From assembly GCA_963778655.1 (NCBI GenBank), contig CAVZVA010000005.1, positions 512,001 through 576,000 of the forward strand: a stretch of 64,000 bases of DNA, read 5' to 3'. The notes beneath the pieces are model-generated. The model did not search any database. It had not been told where the DNA came from and saw nothing but the letters and a program-made list of their open reading frames with translations. This DNA comes from an uncultured delta proteobacterium. GTDB lineage: Bacteria; Myxococcota_A; Polyangia; Polyangiales; JAFGIB01. Shown one piece after another: positions 41,749-55,114 of this stretch (positions are counted from its first letter, which is position 1; every line of letters begins with the position of its first letter). Both the position numbers and the translations under genes were made by a program.

Positions 41749-42105
41749 TCAGCCCGCGTCGTTGTCGACGCCGCCATCGCAGTCGCTGCAGCCGCCGGTG
41801 CCGCCGGTGCCGCCGCTGCCGCCGGTGCCGCCGCTGCCGCTCATGCCGCCGCTGCCGCCGGTGCCGCCGCTGCCGCCCATGCCGCCGCTGCCGCCCTTGC
41901 CGCCCATGCCGCCGCTACCGCCTTTGCCGCCGCTGCCGCCGCTACCGCCGGTTCCGCCGCTGCCGCTGCCGGATGTGCCACTGTCGACACCGCCGTCACC
42001 AGGCGAGCTGCTGCTCTTCTTGCAGCCAACGGCCGCGAGTGAGATCGCCAGACATGCCAGCACGATCATCACTTTGCGCGGCATCTTTGAAGCAAGCTCC
42101 TTCAT
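41749..42105 (-). CDS. Gly-rich repeat lipoprotein
   Basis: AGGAGG ribosome-binding site; lipobox AVGC; GG(S/T/M/K) tripeptide repeats; own terminator. Confidence 0.8.
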   Translation of the reverse strand: MKELASKMPRKVMIVLACLAISLAAVGCKKSSSSPGDGGVDSGTSGSGSGGTGGSGGSGGKGGSGGMGGKGGSGGMGGSGGTGGSGGMSGSGGTGGSGGTGGTGGCSDCDGGVDNDAG

Positions 42106-42305
42106 GAATTCCTCCTAAAAAACCTGGCTCCAGTCGGAGCCCGCTAGTCCAAACCGATTTGGCTGTCCCAAGAACCGACGAGCGGAAAGATCATACACTA
42201 CCAAAATTCAATCCAGAAGCAGGATTTTTCGATTTTCCAAACCCCGCTGCTCGTTGCCACTCGTCACGGGACGGCCGACATCCAACGCGCCCGCGGGGGA
42301 AAGCC

Positions 42306-42322
42306 ATGCAAACTCCAGGCCG
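42306..42322 (-). promoter_or_regulatory. Sigma54-like -24/-12 site upstream of the Gly-rich lipoprotein
   Basis: CGGCCTGGAGTTTGCAT (GG-N10-GC with TTGCA). Confidence 0.45.
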
Positions 42323-42506
42323 TTGCCGAGGGGACTCAACCCCTTCACGCAACCCTCTGAAATGGCTGGTGTTGTGCTCCTGGTCCGGTTGCGGGCCGCG
42401 ACCATCGTTGTGCCAACACCCGGCTCGCTCTGACACGATTGTCGCGGTCAGCGCATGGAAGTCGAGCCTTACCTCGAATGTTGAGCCCGAGCGTCAGAGG
42501 CGGTCG

Positions 42507-45180
<2,674 letters not shown>

Positions 45181-45268
45181 GCCCGGCGGTTCTACCCGCG
45201 ATGGCAAGCGGTTGCCAGCGGGCCGTGCTTGACCGCAACCAAGGCGGCGCCGATGCTGCGCGCGTGGC

Positions 45269-45800
45269 GGTGTTGCTGAGCGCAGCGGGGGCAGCGGGGG
45301 TGCTGGTCTCGTCGCGCACGCTGAGGCTGCGGGCGCAGCGCATGCTGGCGGCGCTCTCGCTGCGCGACGCGGAGCTGTCGATCCGGCTGTGCGACGACGC
45401 GGTCATGCGCCGGCTCAACCGCCGCTACCGCGGGCTCGATCGGACCACCGATGTGCTGGCCTTCGCCATGGCCGAGGGCGAGCCGACCCCGCAGACTGCG
45501 GGGCGCCTGCTCGGCGACGTAGTGATCTCGCTGCCCACGGCCGCTCGCAACGCCCGCGGCGCGGGTCGCCGGCCGCTGGACGAGGTGACGTGGCTGCTCG
45601 CCCACGGCCTGCTGCACCTGCTGGGGTTCGACCACCAGACCCCCGCCCAGGACAGACGCATGCGCGCGCGCGCCGACGCGCTTGTCGCGGCCGCGCGAAC
45701 TTCCAAATTCGCGGCTGTGGACATCTTGGGGGCGTCCCCCCCCAGGCGAGGTAGCTCGAGCTCTCGATCGGGTCCGAACAGGCCGAATAAATGCAAGTGA
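45269..45800 (+). CDS. ybeY: rRNA maturation endoribonuclease YbeY
   Basis: LNRRYRG, TDVLAF, LGDVVIS, HGLLHLLGFDH; start uncertain. Confidence 0.9.
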
Positions 45801-46088
45801 TTACAGTGGGTTGTCTTTGTGATCCGGCGCTCGCGGCAGGCCGCGCAACGCGCTGCGGCTGGCTCGCGGCTGCTGTGGACAACCTGTGGCCTCTGCGGGC
45901 CTGGCTGGGGCGGTTGGATGGCGCCCCGGGTCCCGGGACGGGCATGCCTCCGCGATGTTGGGGCGTTCGAGCTTGAGGACTGGGAGCAGGCAAAAAAGCC
46001 CGCCCCGCCGAGGAAAGCGGTTGTCTTCGCAGACCCGACCATGCATATCTCTCCGCCAATTGCCCCCACGGGGCTGAGGAGAGAACCG

Positions 46089-46406
46089 ATGGCGACGACA
46101 GCGAAGCGCATGTCCAAGGCGCAGGTCATTGCCGAGCTGGTCGAGAAGACCGGCCTCGGCAAGAAGGACGTCCAGAACGTGTTCGATCAGCTCCTGGCAA
46201 TCATCGAGCGCGAGCTTGGCAAGGACGGTCCCGGTGAGATCGTGGTGCCGGACCTGGTGAAGCTGCGCGTCAAGGTCGTGCCCGGGCGGCCCGAGCACGT
46301 CGGCCTCGATCCGTTTACCAAGCAGGAGCGCACGTTCCCCGCGCGACCCGAGGCGCGCAAGGTGCGCGCCTCGGTGGCCAAGCGTCTCAAGGACCTGGCG
46401 GGCTGA
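46089..46406 (+). CDS. HU/IHF-like DNA-binding protein
   Basis: MSKAQVIAELVEKTGL.KKDV, arm G.DPFT. Confidence 0.85.
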   Translation: MATTAKRMSKAQVIAELVEKTGLGKKDVQNVFDQLLAIIERELGKDGPGEIVVPDLVKLRVKVVPGRPEHVGLDPFTKQERTFPARPEARKVRASVAKRLKDLAG

Positions 46407-47739
46407 ACGGCCCGCGCCCCTGCTGCTGGGGCGCGGACGGGCTCGGGGTGAGGCTCGGCAAGGCCTCCGGGGTGCGGTCGCTCGAATCGACCTCGGTCGA
46501 TCCGAAGGCGCCGCGCACTAGGCCGAGCACCACCCGCGCCTGCTGATCGGTGACCACCGTGGTCGCCTCGAGCCGCTCGGCGTCTGCGTGAAGCGCGGTG
46601 TCGAGCAGCGGCTGGCGCATGCCGATGAAGGCCAGCAGCGGATGGTCGGCAAAGCGGTCGCGCGTGCTCTCCCAGTACCGCAGCGCCGCTCTCGCGGCCG
46701 CGGCGCTGGCGAATGTGGCGCTCGCGCGCACCTCCAGCGTCTGCTCGTCACGCCTGCGCACCGAGAGCTCGATGCGCTTCGGTACGCCGGTCAGGTTGCC
46801 GCGCACGAACTGCTGCGCTCCTTCCACCGAGAGCGCGAGGATCTCGCCCTGATGCAGGCCGAGCAGCGCGTCGACGGCATCCGGTGCCGGCGTCGTGCCC
46901 TTCTGCTGGCCGGCGCGGCGCGCGAGCGCGCGGGCGATCTGCAGCACCCGCGGCAGGTCTTCGGGCCGCGTGATCGCGAACCGCCGCGGTCCGATCAGCG
47001 CCAGCACGCGCGCGGTGTCGTCGGCGTTGGCCCACGGCGCGACCGGGATATTGCCGTGCTTGCGCCAGGTCGCGCTCACGCCGCGCGCCTGCGCCAGCTT
47101 GGCCACCGCGGCTCGAGGCACCTGCTCCCCGCCGAGATACTGGCCAGCGATCACCACGCTGGCGCGCTGCAGATCGGGGGTGGCCAGATACAGACGCTCG
47201 AGGTCCCGCAGCGCGTCGAGCCCGGAGCCGTCCACCAGCATGCGCCAATCGGGCAGCGCCTCGAGCAGTGCCCGCACCTCGGGCGCGAGGTCCGAGTCGC
47301 GGATGCGCGAAAGCTGGAGGCGCAGCGCGATCTGCGTGCCGGCCGGCGCGAAGGCCGCGAGCAGCGGCCGGCCCGCATCTGCTGCGGTGAGCGCGCCGGC
47401 ATCGCGGCCCGCGTCTGCACCGGCGTCCGCGATGCCCGCGTCGGCGGGCGAGGGATGGGGCCGGACGCGCCTGGGCTTGAGTGGCTTGGGCGCGGCGGGC
47501 GCCGGTGCCGCGGCGGCGTGCGGTGCGCTGGCGGTCGGCGCCTGAGGCGGCTCCGCTGGCAGCGGGCTCGGCTCGGTCAGTCCCAGCTGCACGTGGCTCG
47601 GGGGCAGAACCTCGAAGTCCACCGTGGGCATGCTGCCGGCCCAGCCCAACAGCGCGAGCAGGAGCGCGTGCGCCAGCAGCGATCCCAAGATGCCGAGAAC
47701 CGCGCCGAGCGCGTGCGATGGCTTCGCCTCGGCCCGCAT
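46387..47739 (-). CDS. Membrane-anchored hypothetical protein with a Pro-rich linker
   Basis: TonB-like anchor S...H, Pro/Ala linker, DAG motifs, globular C-terminus. Confidence 0.6.
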   Translation of the reverse strand: MRAEAKPSHALGAVLGILGSLLAHALLLALLGWAGSMPTVDFEVLPPSHVQLGLTEPSPLPAEPPQAPTASAPHAAAAPAPAAPKPLKPRRVRPHPSPADAGIADAGADAGRDAGALTAADAGRPLLAAFAPAGTQIALRLQLSRIRDSDLAPEVRALLEALPDWRMLVDGSGLDALRDLERLYLATPDLQRASVVIAGQYLGGEQVPRAAVAKLAQARGVSATWRKHGNIPVAPWANADDTARVLALIGPRRFAITRPEDLPRVLQIARALARRAGQQKGTTPAPDAVDALLGLHQGEILALSVEGAQQFVRGNLTGVPKRIELSVRRRDEQTLEVRASATFASAAAARAALRYWESTRDRFADHPLLAFIGMRQPLLDTALHADAERLEATTVVTDQQARVVLGLVRGAFGSTEVDSSDRTPEALPSLTPSPSAPQQQGRGPFSPPGP

Positions 47740-47813
47740 CGCGGCATCATATACCCGAGCCGCACCAGCCCCGCCCGCGGTGCCGGGCGCGGGGTTGACG
47801 CCACCGCGGTGAC

Positions 47814-49466
47814 GTGAAATCAGTGCGCGCACGCGAGCGGGAGGCGCGACAGCTGGTGAAACGGTGCGCAGGTCGCGGGTTTCGCCGCTGCGCGGCGACG
47901 TGGGCGCGGCCGAACCGGGCAGGCGGTCGCGCGCTGCTGGTGCTCGCCGCGCTGGCGTGGGCGTGTCGCTCGCAGCCCGAGCACGCGGCGCGGGCCCCCA
48001 AGCCTGCGCCTTTGCGGCAGGTGGCGCCGCAGTCAGCGCCAGAGCCTCCCGAGCGGAGCGGGCCGCCGGTGCGTCTGTTCGCGGCCAGCTTCGTGGTGAA
48101 GGTGCGCGCAGCGCCGCTACGCGCGGCGCCGCGCATCGGCTACCTGCGCGCGGGCGCCGTGATGCAAGCCCTCAGCGCGGACCCGATCGGCTACGACAAG
48201 TGTCGCAAGGGCTGGTACGCGCTCGACACCGGCGGCTTCGTGTGCTCGACGCTGGCGTTTGCGTTCAGCGGCCGGCGCTTGCCGCAGCGGCCGGCGCTGC
48301 AGCCGGATCTCGCGGCGCCGTTGCCCTATCCCTATGGCTACAGCGTGCGGCGCAACACGCCGGTGTACCGCCGGCTGCCGAGCGACGAGGAAGCGGCGCA
48401 GTTCGAGGGCTACCGCATCCCCGGCCGCGCCCCGCCAGATGCCGGCGTGGCGCGAGCGGACGCCGGGCTCAACGCCGGAACGGTCGCGCCCGGCAGCGCC
48501 GAGGCGCTTGCACACGTCGCGGGCCCGCCCGCGCCCGAGCCGGACGAGCAACCGGAGGCACAGGACCCCGCCGTGCCCACGCTCGCGTCGCTGCTGGGAG
48601 AGGAGGGCTCGGTGCTGATGCGGCGCATGGAGCGCGGCTTCTACGTGAGCCTGGACCGCGAGATGCAGAAGGGCGCCCGACACTACTGGCGCACGCAGAG
48701 CAACGAGTTCATTCCCAGCGCGGGCCTGCGCGAGGTGCACGGCAGCGAGTTTCACGGCGTGGCGCTCGTCGAGCAGGGCATCGCGCTTCCAATCGGCTTC
48801 CTGATGTCCAAGCGCGACCTGGCGTACAAGCGCAACGCGCGTGGCCACCTGCAGAGCGCGGGCAAGCCGGGCTACCACTTCATGTTCGCGATCGCCGGCG
48901 AGCAAGCGCTGCGCGGCGGTCACTACGACCTGGACGCGGACGGGCGCTACTACCGCGTCAAGGACGTGGCGCGCATCGAAGCGCGCGAGAAGCCGGCCGA
49001 AGTGGGGGACGACGAAAAGTGGATCGACGTCGACCTGGGCGCGCAGTCGCTGGTGGCCTACGTCGGACCGAGGCCGGTCTACGCCACGCTGATCTCCAGC
49101 GGCCGCGTCAAGGACGAGCTCGATCCGCTCAAGAACTTCGAGACCCCGACCGGCTCATTTCGGATCAAGAGCAAGCACCTGACCGCGACCATGGACGGCG
49201 ATCAAGCGATCGACGGTCCGTATTCGATCGAAGACGTGCCGTACGTGATGTACTTCCAGCTCGCCTATGCGCTTCACTCGGCCTTCTGGCACAACAGCTT
49301 CGGCCGCCCCCATAGCCACGGTTGCATCAACCTGGCCCCGCTCGACGCCAAGTGGCTATTCGAGCTCGCCGAGCCCCCGCTGCCCAAGGGCTGGCACGGC
49401 GTCTACCCCACAGCCAACAGCCCCGGCACCCGGCTGTACATCCACGGCACCACCCCCCGCGGCTGA
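47814..49466 (+). CDS. L,D-transpeptidase (YkuD) family lipoprotein
   Basis: WIDVDL..Q, TPTG.F.I, ALHSAFWH...HSHGCINL; start uncertain. Confidence 0.88.
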   Translation: MKSVRAREREARQLVKRCAGRGFRRCAATWARPNRAGGRALLVLAALAWACRSQPEHAARAPKPAPLRQVAPQSAPEPPERSGPPVRLFAASFVVKVRAAPLRAAPRIGYLRAGAVMQALSADPIGYDKCRKGWYALDTGGFVCSTLAFAFSGRRLPQRPALQPDLAAPLPYPYGYSVRRNTPVYRRLPSDEEAAQFEGYRIPGRAPPDAGVARADAGLNAGTVAPGSAEALAHVAGPPAPEPDEQPEAQDPAVPTLASLLGEEGSVLMRRMERGFYVSLDREMQKGARHYWRTQSNEFIPSAGLREVHGSEFHGVALVEQGIALPIGFLMSKRDLAYKRNARGHLQSAGKPGYHFMFAIAGEQALRGGHYDLDADGRYYRVKDVARIEAREKPAEVGDDEKWIDVDLGAQSLVAYVGPRPVYATLISSGRVKDELDPLKNFETPTGSFRIKSKHLTATMDGDQAIDGPYSIEDVPYVMYFQLAYALHSAFWHNSFGRPHSHGCINLAPLDAKWLFELAEPPLPKGWHGVYPTANSPGTRLYIHGTTPRG

Positions 49467-49526
49467 CCCCTACCCCGAGCAGTCGTCCTCGTCCTCGTAG
49501 CCGTCGTTGTAGTCGTGCTCGACCCC

Positions 49527-50848
49527 TCAGTCGTAGTACTCGTGCCCGACGTGGGTGATCAGGTCCTCGCCTTTCATCCAGCGCAGCATGTTCTTCAGCT
49601 TCATCAGCTGGATGAACAGATCGTTCTCCGGGTAGAGCCCGGGCGCCGTCATCGGGCTCTTGTAATAGAAGAGCAGCCACTCCTGGATCCCGCTCAAGCC
49701 GGCGCGCTGCGCCAGATCCAGGAACAGCGCCAGGTCGAGCACGATCGGCGCCGCCAGGATCGAGTCGCGGCACAGGAAGTCGATCTTGATCTGCATCGGG
49801 TAGCCCAGCCAGCCGACGATGTCGATGTTGTCCCAGCCTTCCTTGTTGTCGCCGCGCGGCGGGTAATAGTCGATCCGCACCATGTGGTAGATGTTGCCGT
49901 ACAGCTCGGGGTAGAGCTGAGGCTGCAGGATGAGTCTCGATCACGCCGAGCTTGCTGACCTCCTTGGTCTTGAAGACTCGGGATCGTCGAGCACCTCGCC
50001 GTCGCGGTTGCCAAGGATGTTGGTCGAGAACCAGCCCTCGAGCCCGAGCATGCGCGCCTTGAAGCCCGGGCGCGAGGATCGTCTTCATCAGCGTCTGGCC
50101 GGTCTTGAAGTCCTTGCCGCTGATCGGGAGGTTCTGCTTGCGCGCCAGCTCAGCAGCGCCGGGGATGTCCGAGCGACAGGTTCGGCGCGCCGTTCGCGTA
50201 GGGCACGCCCATCTTGAGGCAGCGCGTACGCGTAGACCATGCGAGGGGCTGATGCCGCGGCGACGTTCTTGCGCAGGCCGTCTTCGAACGCTTCGAGCGA
50301 GCTGTGGACCTCGTTGGCTCGTGGTGGACCTCGGTCGAGCCGCACCAAACGGCGATGCAGGCGGTCGAGCCATTGTCTTGCTTGAAGCGCCGGACGTCAT
50401 CCGCAACTGCTTCGGCGAGCTGCATCTTGAGGTGCCGCTGCTTGACGTTCTGGCCGCGTTGAGCTCTTGACGTACTCCTGCTAGAACACGGCCGGCATCG
50501 GCTTGATGCTCGATAGCTCGTCTCGATCGCGTCAGGTGCTCGCGGGTCGAGCACGTCGGCGATGGACCGCGGCCTGCGTAGGCGTCCTCGGCGAAGAAGT
50601 CCCAGCCTCCGAAAACCAGGTCCGGCGAGCTGCGCCAGCGAGAATAGTCATGGATCGAAGGGCTCGCGGTTGTCGGTGCGCTTGCCCAGCCGGATGCGGC
50701 CCATCTGCGTGAGCGAGCCGATTGGGCTGGCCATGCCCCGCCGGGCGAGGATGCAGCCCGCTACGAAGGTGGTCGCCACCGCACCCATGCCGGGTAGCAG
50801 CACGCCGAGCTTTCCGGACGGAGGTTTGATCTCAGAGGGTCGCTTCAT
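49527..50848 (-). pseudogene. ino1: myo-inositol-1-phosphate synthase with many frameshifts (pseudogene or assembly error)
   Basis: Fragments in different frames: GMGAVATT, GSLTQMG, WCGSTE, PYANGAPN, GKDFKTGQT, YYPPRGDNKEGWDNID, CRDSILAAP. Confidence 0.85.
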
Positions 50849-50946
50849 GGCACCTTGCGCAACGGGTTGGGGATCCGGCCGGGCGCGGTGGCGGTAGTAG
50901 CTGTCGCGCCGCTCGAGCGGAGCCAGCCTGGCTCCGCAGGCGCGCG

Positions 50947-50962
50947 TGCAAGGCGCGCGCCG
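50947..50962 (-). promoter_or_regulatory. Sigma54-like site facing ino1
   Basis: CGGCGCGCGCCTTGCA (GG-N10-GC). Confidence 0.4.
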
Positions 50963-50991
50963 GACCGGAAACATGACAGAAGACAGGGGCT

Positions 50992-51007
50992 TGGCGCACG
51001 GTTTGCT
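50992..51007 (+). promoter_or_regulatory. Sigma54-like site facing the nucleotidyltransferase gene
   Basis: TGGCGCACGGTTTGCT, close to the TGGCAC-N5-TTGCW consensus. Confidence 0.55.
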
Positions 51008-51188
51008 TTGTTCGCCCAGCGTTAGCACGAGATCGTCCAAAAATTGGAGCCCCAAGCAAGATCATCGAATTTTTACGCCGCCGATACGGCTTCCAGGTGT
51101 GACACCAGGTCACAGTGTGGTGACCCGGCAACACCGGTGTGGCGCAAATGTCACGGAAGGCTACGGGGCGACCGGGAGCTTAACTCGC

Positions 51189-51977
51189 ATGGAACGCGCG
51201 ATTATCTTGGCCGCCGGACTGGGCGAGCGCCTGGTTCGGGGCAAGCCGTACCCCAAGCCGCTCAACCCGGTCAACGGCGTGCCGTTGATCGTGCGCGTGC
51301 TGCGCGGCCTCGAGCTCGCACAGATCGAGGAAGCGGTCGTCGTCGTCGGCCATCTCGGTGACGTGCTGGTGCAACAGCTGCGCGCCCACCGTTTCGAGCT
51401 GGCGCTGCGCTTCGTCCACAACGCCGAGTATCTCAAGCCCAACGGCACCTCGTTGCTCAAGGCGAAGCGCTTCGTCGAGGGGCCGACCTATCTGCTGATG
51501 AGCGACCACATCTGGTCTCCCGATCTGATCCAGCGCCTGCGCCGCTTCCCGCTCGCCACCGACGAGGCCGTGCTCGGCGTGGATTTCAAGATCACCCAGT
51601 GCATCGACCTCGACGATGCCACCAAGGTGGCGTTGCGCGGCGATCGGATCGAGCGCATCGGCAAGCAGCTCGCGCGCTACGACGCACTGGACACGGGCGT
51701 GTTCCGAATCACGCCCGCCGTGGTGGAAGCGCTCGAGCGCGTCGACGGACCACAGGGGTGCTCGCTCTCACAGGGCATCGCCGAGCTGGCGCGCGACGCG
51801 CGCATGCGCTGCGTGGACGTCGAAGACGCGAGCTGGGTCGACGTCGACACGCCGCTGGCGCTGGCCCATGCCGAGCGCCTGCTGCGCAAGCACGGTCCGC
51901 TGCTGCGGCCGCAGCGCCCCGATACGGGCGTCACCGTGCCGGGTCTGGGCAGCCCTCTGCTGGCGCGTCCGGCCTGA
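51189..51977 (+). CDS. Nucleotidyltransferase, inositol-1-phosphate/choline-phosphate cytidylyltransferase-like
   Basis: ILAAGLGERL, PKPL, NGTSL, MSDH, DDATKV, DTGVF, WVDVDT. Confidence 0.8.
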   Translation: MERAIILAAGLGERLVRGKPYPKPLNPVNGVPLIVRVLRGLELAQIEEAVVVVGHLGDVLVQQLRAHRFELALRFVHNAEYLKPNGTSLLKAKRFVEGPTYLLMSDHIWSPDLIQRLRRFPLATDEAVLGVDFKITQCIDLDDATKVALRGDRIERIGKQLARYDALDTGVFRITPAVVEALERVDGPQGCSLSQGIAELARDARMRCVDVEDASWVDVDTPLALAHAERLLRKHGPLLRPQRPDTGVTVPGLGSPLLARPA

Positions 51978-52059
51978 GCCCGAGCCAGCGCCCGGGGACC
52001 GCTCTCGGCGCGGGCTCGCAGCGGGTGATCGGACGGCCGGGGCGAACGGTTCCGCGTGG

Positions 52060-52088
52060 TTGCCGGGTTGCCGGCCATGTGGTACACA
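52060..52088 (+). promoter_or_regulatory. Sigma70-like promoter of the rimP-nusA-infB operon
   Basis: TTGCCG-N17-TACACA with an extended -10 TG. Confidence 0.5.
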
Positions 52089-52115
52089 GCGCCGCAGAAG
52101 TAAGGGACCGCGCCT

Positions 52116-52147
52116 AGGTGGGCCTCCCGTTGGGTCCGCCTTTTTTT
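52116..52147 (+). terminator. rimP leader attenuator/terminator
   Basis: AGGTGGGCCT-loop-GGGTCCGCC followed by T7, between the promoter and rimP. Confidence 0.75.
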
Positions 52148-52199
52148 GTCGTTTTTTCGCTGCCGGCACGGTTCCCCTCCGGGGCAGCACGGGACGGCC

Positions 52200-52685
52200 A
52201 TGCGCAGCGACAGCGAACAGCACCGGAAGCTCAGCGCGATCATCGAGCCTATCTGCTCCGCCCACGGGCTGGCGCTGGTGGAGGTGAGCTTCACCGGCCA
52301 GCACGGGCGCGTGCTGCAGGTGCTGATCGAGCGTCCCGACCAATCCGACGGACGCTCGGGCGTGTCGCTCGAGGACTGCCAGGCCGTCAGCCGAGACCTG
52401 TCCACCACGCTCGACGTGGAGGGTGAGGCGCTTTTGCCCGGCGCTTACCGCCTGGAGGTGAGCTCGCCCGGGTTGGATCGCCCTCTGGTCGCTCGCCGCG
52501 ACTACGAGCGTTTCGCCGGTCGCGAGGTGCATCTGCGCACCAGCCATCCGGTCGGAGGACGCAGGCGCTTGCAGGGCGTGCTGCGAGGAATCGAGGGGGA
52601 CATCGTCAAGTTGAACGTGAGCGGTGAAGAGCTGGGCGTCCCGCTGGCGGACATCGCGAAGGCCAATCTCATCTATCGCTTCTGA
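52200..52685 (+). CDS. rimP: Ribosome maturation factor RimP
   Basis: EDCQAVSR, YRLEVSSPGLDRPL, IAKANL. Confidence 0.95.
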   Translation: MRSDSEQHRKLSAIIEPICSAHGLALVEVSFTGQHGRVLQVLIERPDQSDGRSGVSLEDCQAVSRDLSTTLDVEGEALLPGAYRLEVSSPGLDRPLVARRDYERFAGREVHLRTSHPVGGRRRLQGVLRGIEGDIVKLNVSGEELGVPLADIAKANLIYRF

Positions 52686-52727
52686 GCATCAGGCGGGCGC
52701 CGCACGTCCGGCCCCCGAGAGGTAGCC

Positions 52728-54508
<1,781 letters not shown>

Positions 54509-54509
<1 letters not shown>

Positions 54510-55114
54510 TGAGCACCCCGGACTCGAACGAGCGCGTGCAGGCGCAGCGTACCTGCGTGGGTTGCCGCAAGCCCGACGGGCGAGCGGAGCTGCTGCGCTT
54601 CGTGCTGGCGGGCGATCCGCCGCAGCCCGTGCCCGATGTCTCGCGCCGGGAGGGCGGCCGAGGGGTTTCGGTGCACCCGCTCAGGCGTTGCGTCGAGGCC
54701 GCGGTGCGCAGCGGTGCGCTGGCCCGAGGTCTGCGCACCCGGCAGGCGGTCGACGCGCAGCAGCTGCTGCAATGGGCCGGCGGCCAGTACGCGCGGCGCA
54801 TCCGCGCCCTGCTCGGCGCGGCGCGGCGCAGTGGCAGCGCGGCGATCGGAGGCGAGCGGGCTCGCGAGGCGATCGCGGCTCGGCGTGCGCGGCTGCTCGT
54901 GGTGGCCGGCGACGCGGTGGACAATCGACGGGAGCTGACCGAGGCGGCCGCGCGTTTGGGAGCCAGCTGCCTGGTGCACGGAGACAAGGCTGATTTGGGC
55001 AAGCTGTTCGGGCGCGAGACGGTCGCGGTGGTTGCAGTGACCGACCCGCTGATCGCCGAAGAGCTGCAACGCGCGGCTCGCTGTGCTGCACAGCTTGTTG
55101 CGGAGGTGTCATGA
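54509..55114 (+). CDS. YlxR/DUF448 fused to an L7Ae-like domain
   Basis: RTCVGCR..ELLRF..GRG then LLVVAGDA...KADLGKLFGR..VAVVAVTD. Confidence 0.8.

Noticed and set aside
41785..41975. Tandem repeats as a possible CRISPR array
   Set aside because: 9-bp coding repeats with no unique spacers; no cas genes in the window.
41582..42118. Pro-rich (PPL/PPV/PPM) ORF on the plus strand
   Set aside because: Antisense image of the Gly-rich lipoprotein, which has the RBS, lipobox and terminator.
45992..46028. Possible minus-strand terminator with an A6 tract
   Set aside because: The stem is short and poorly paired, so it is not supportable as a terminator.
51098..51114. CRP site
   Set aside because: Spacing is TGTGA-N7-TCACA rather than N6; kept only as an unassigned palindrome.
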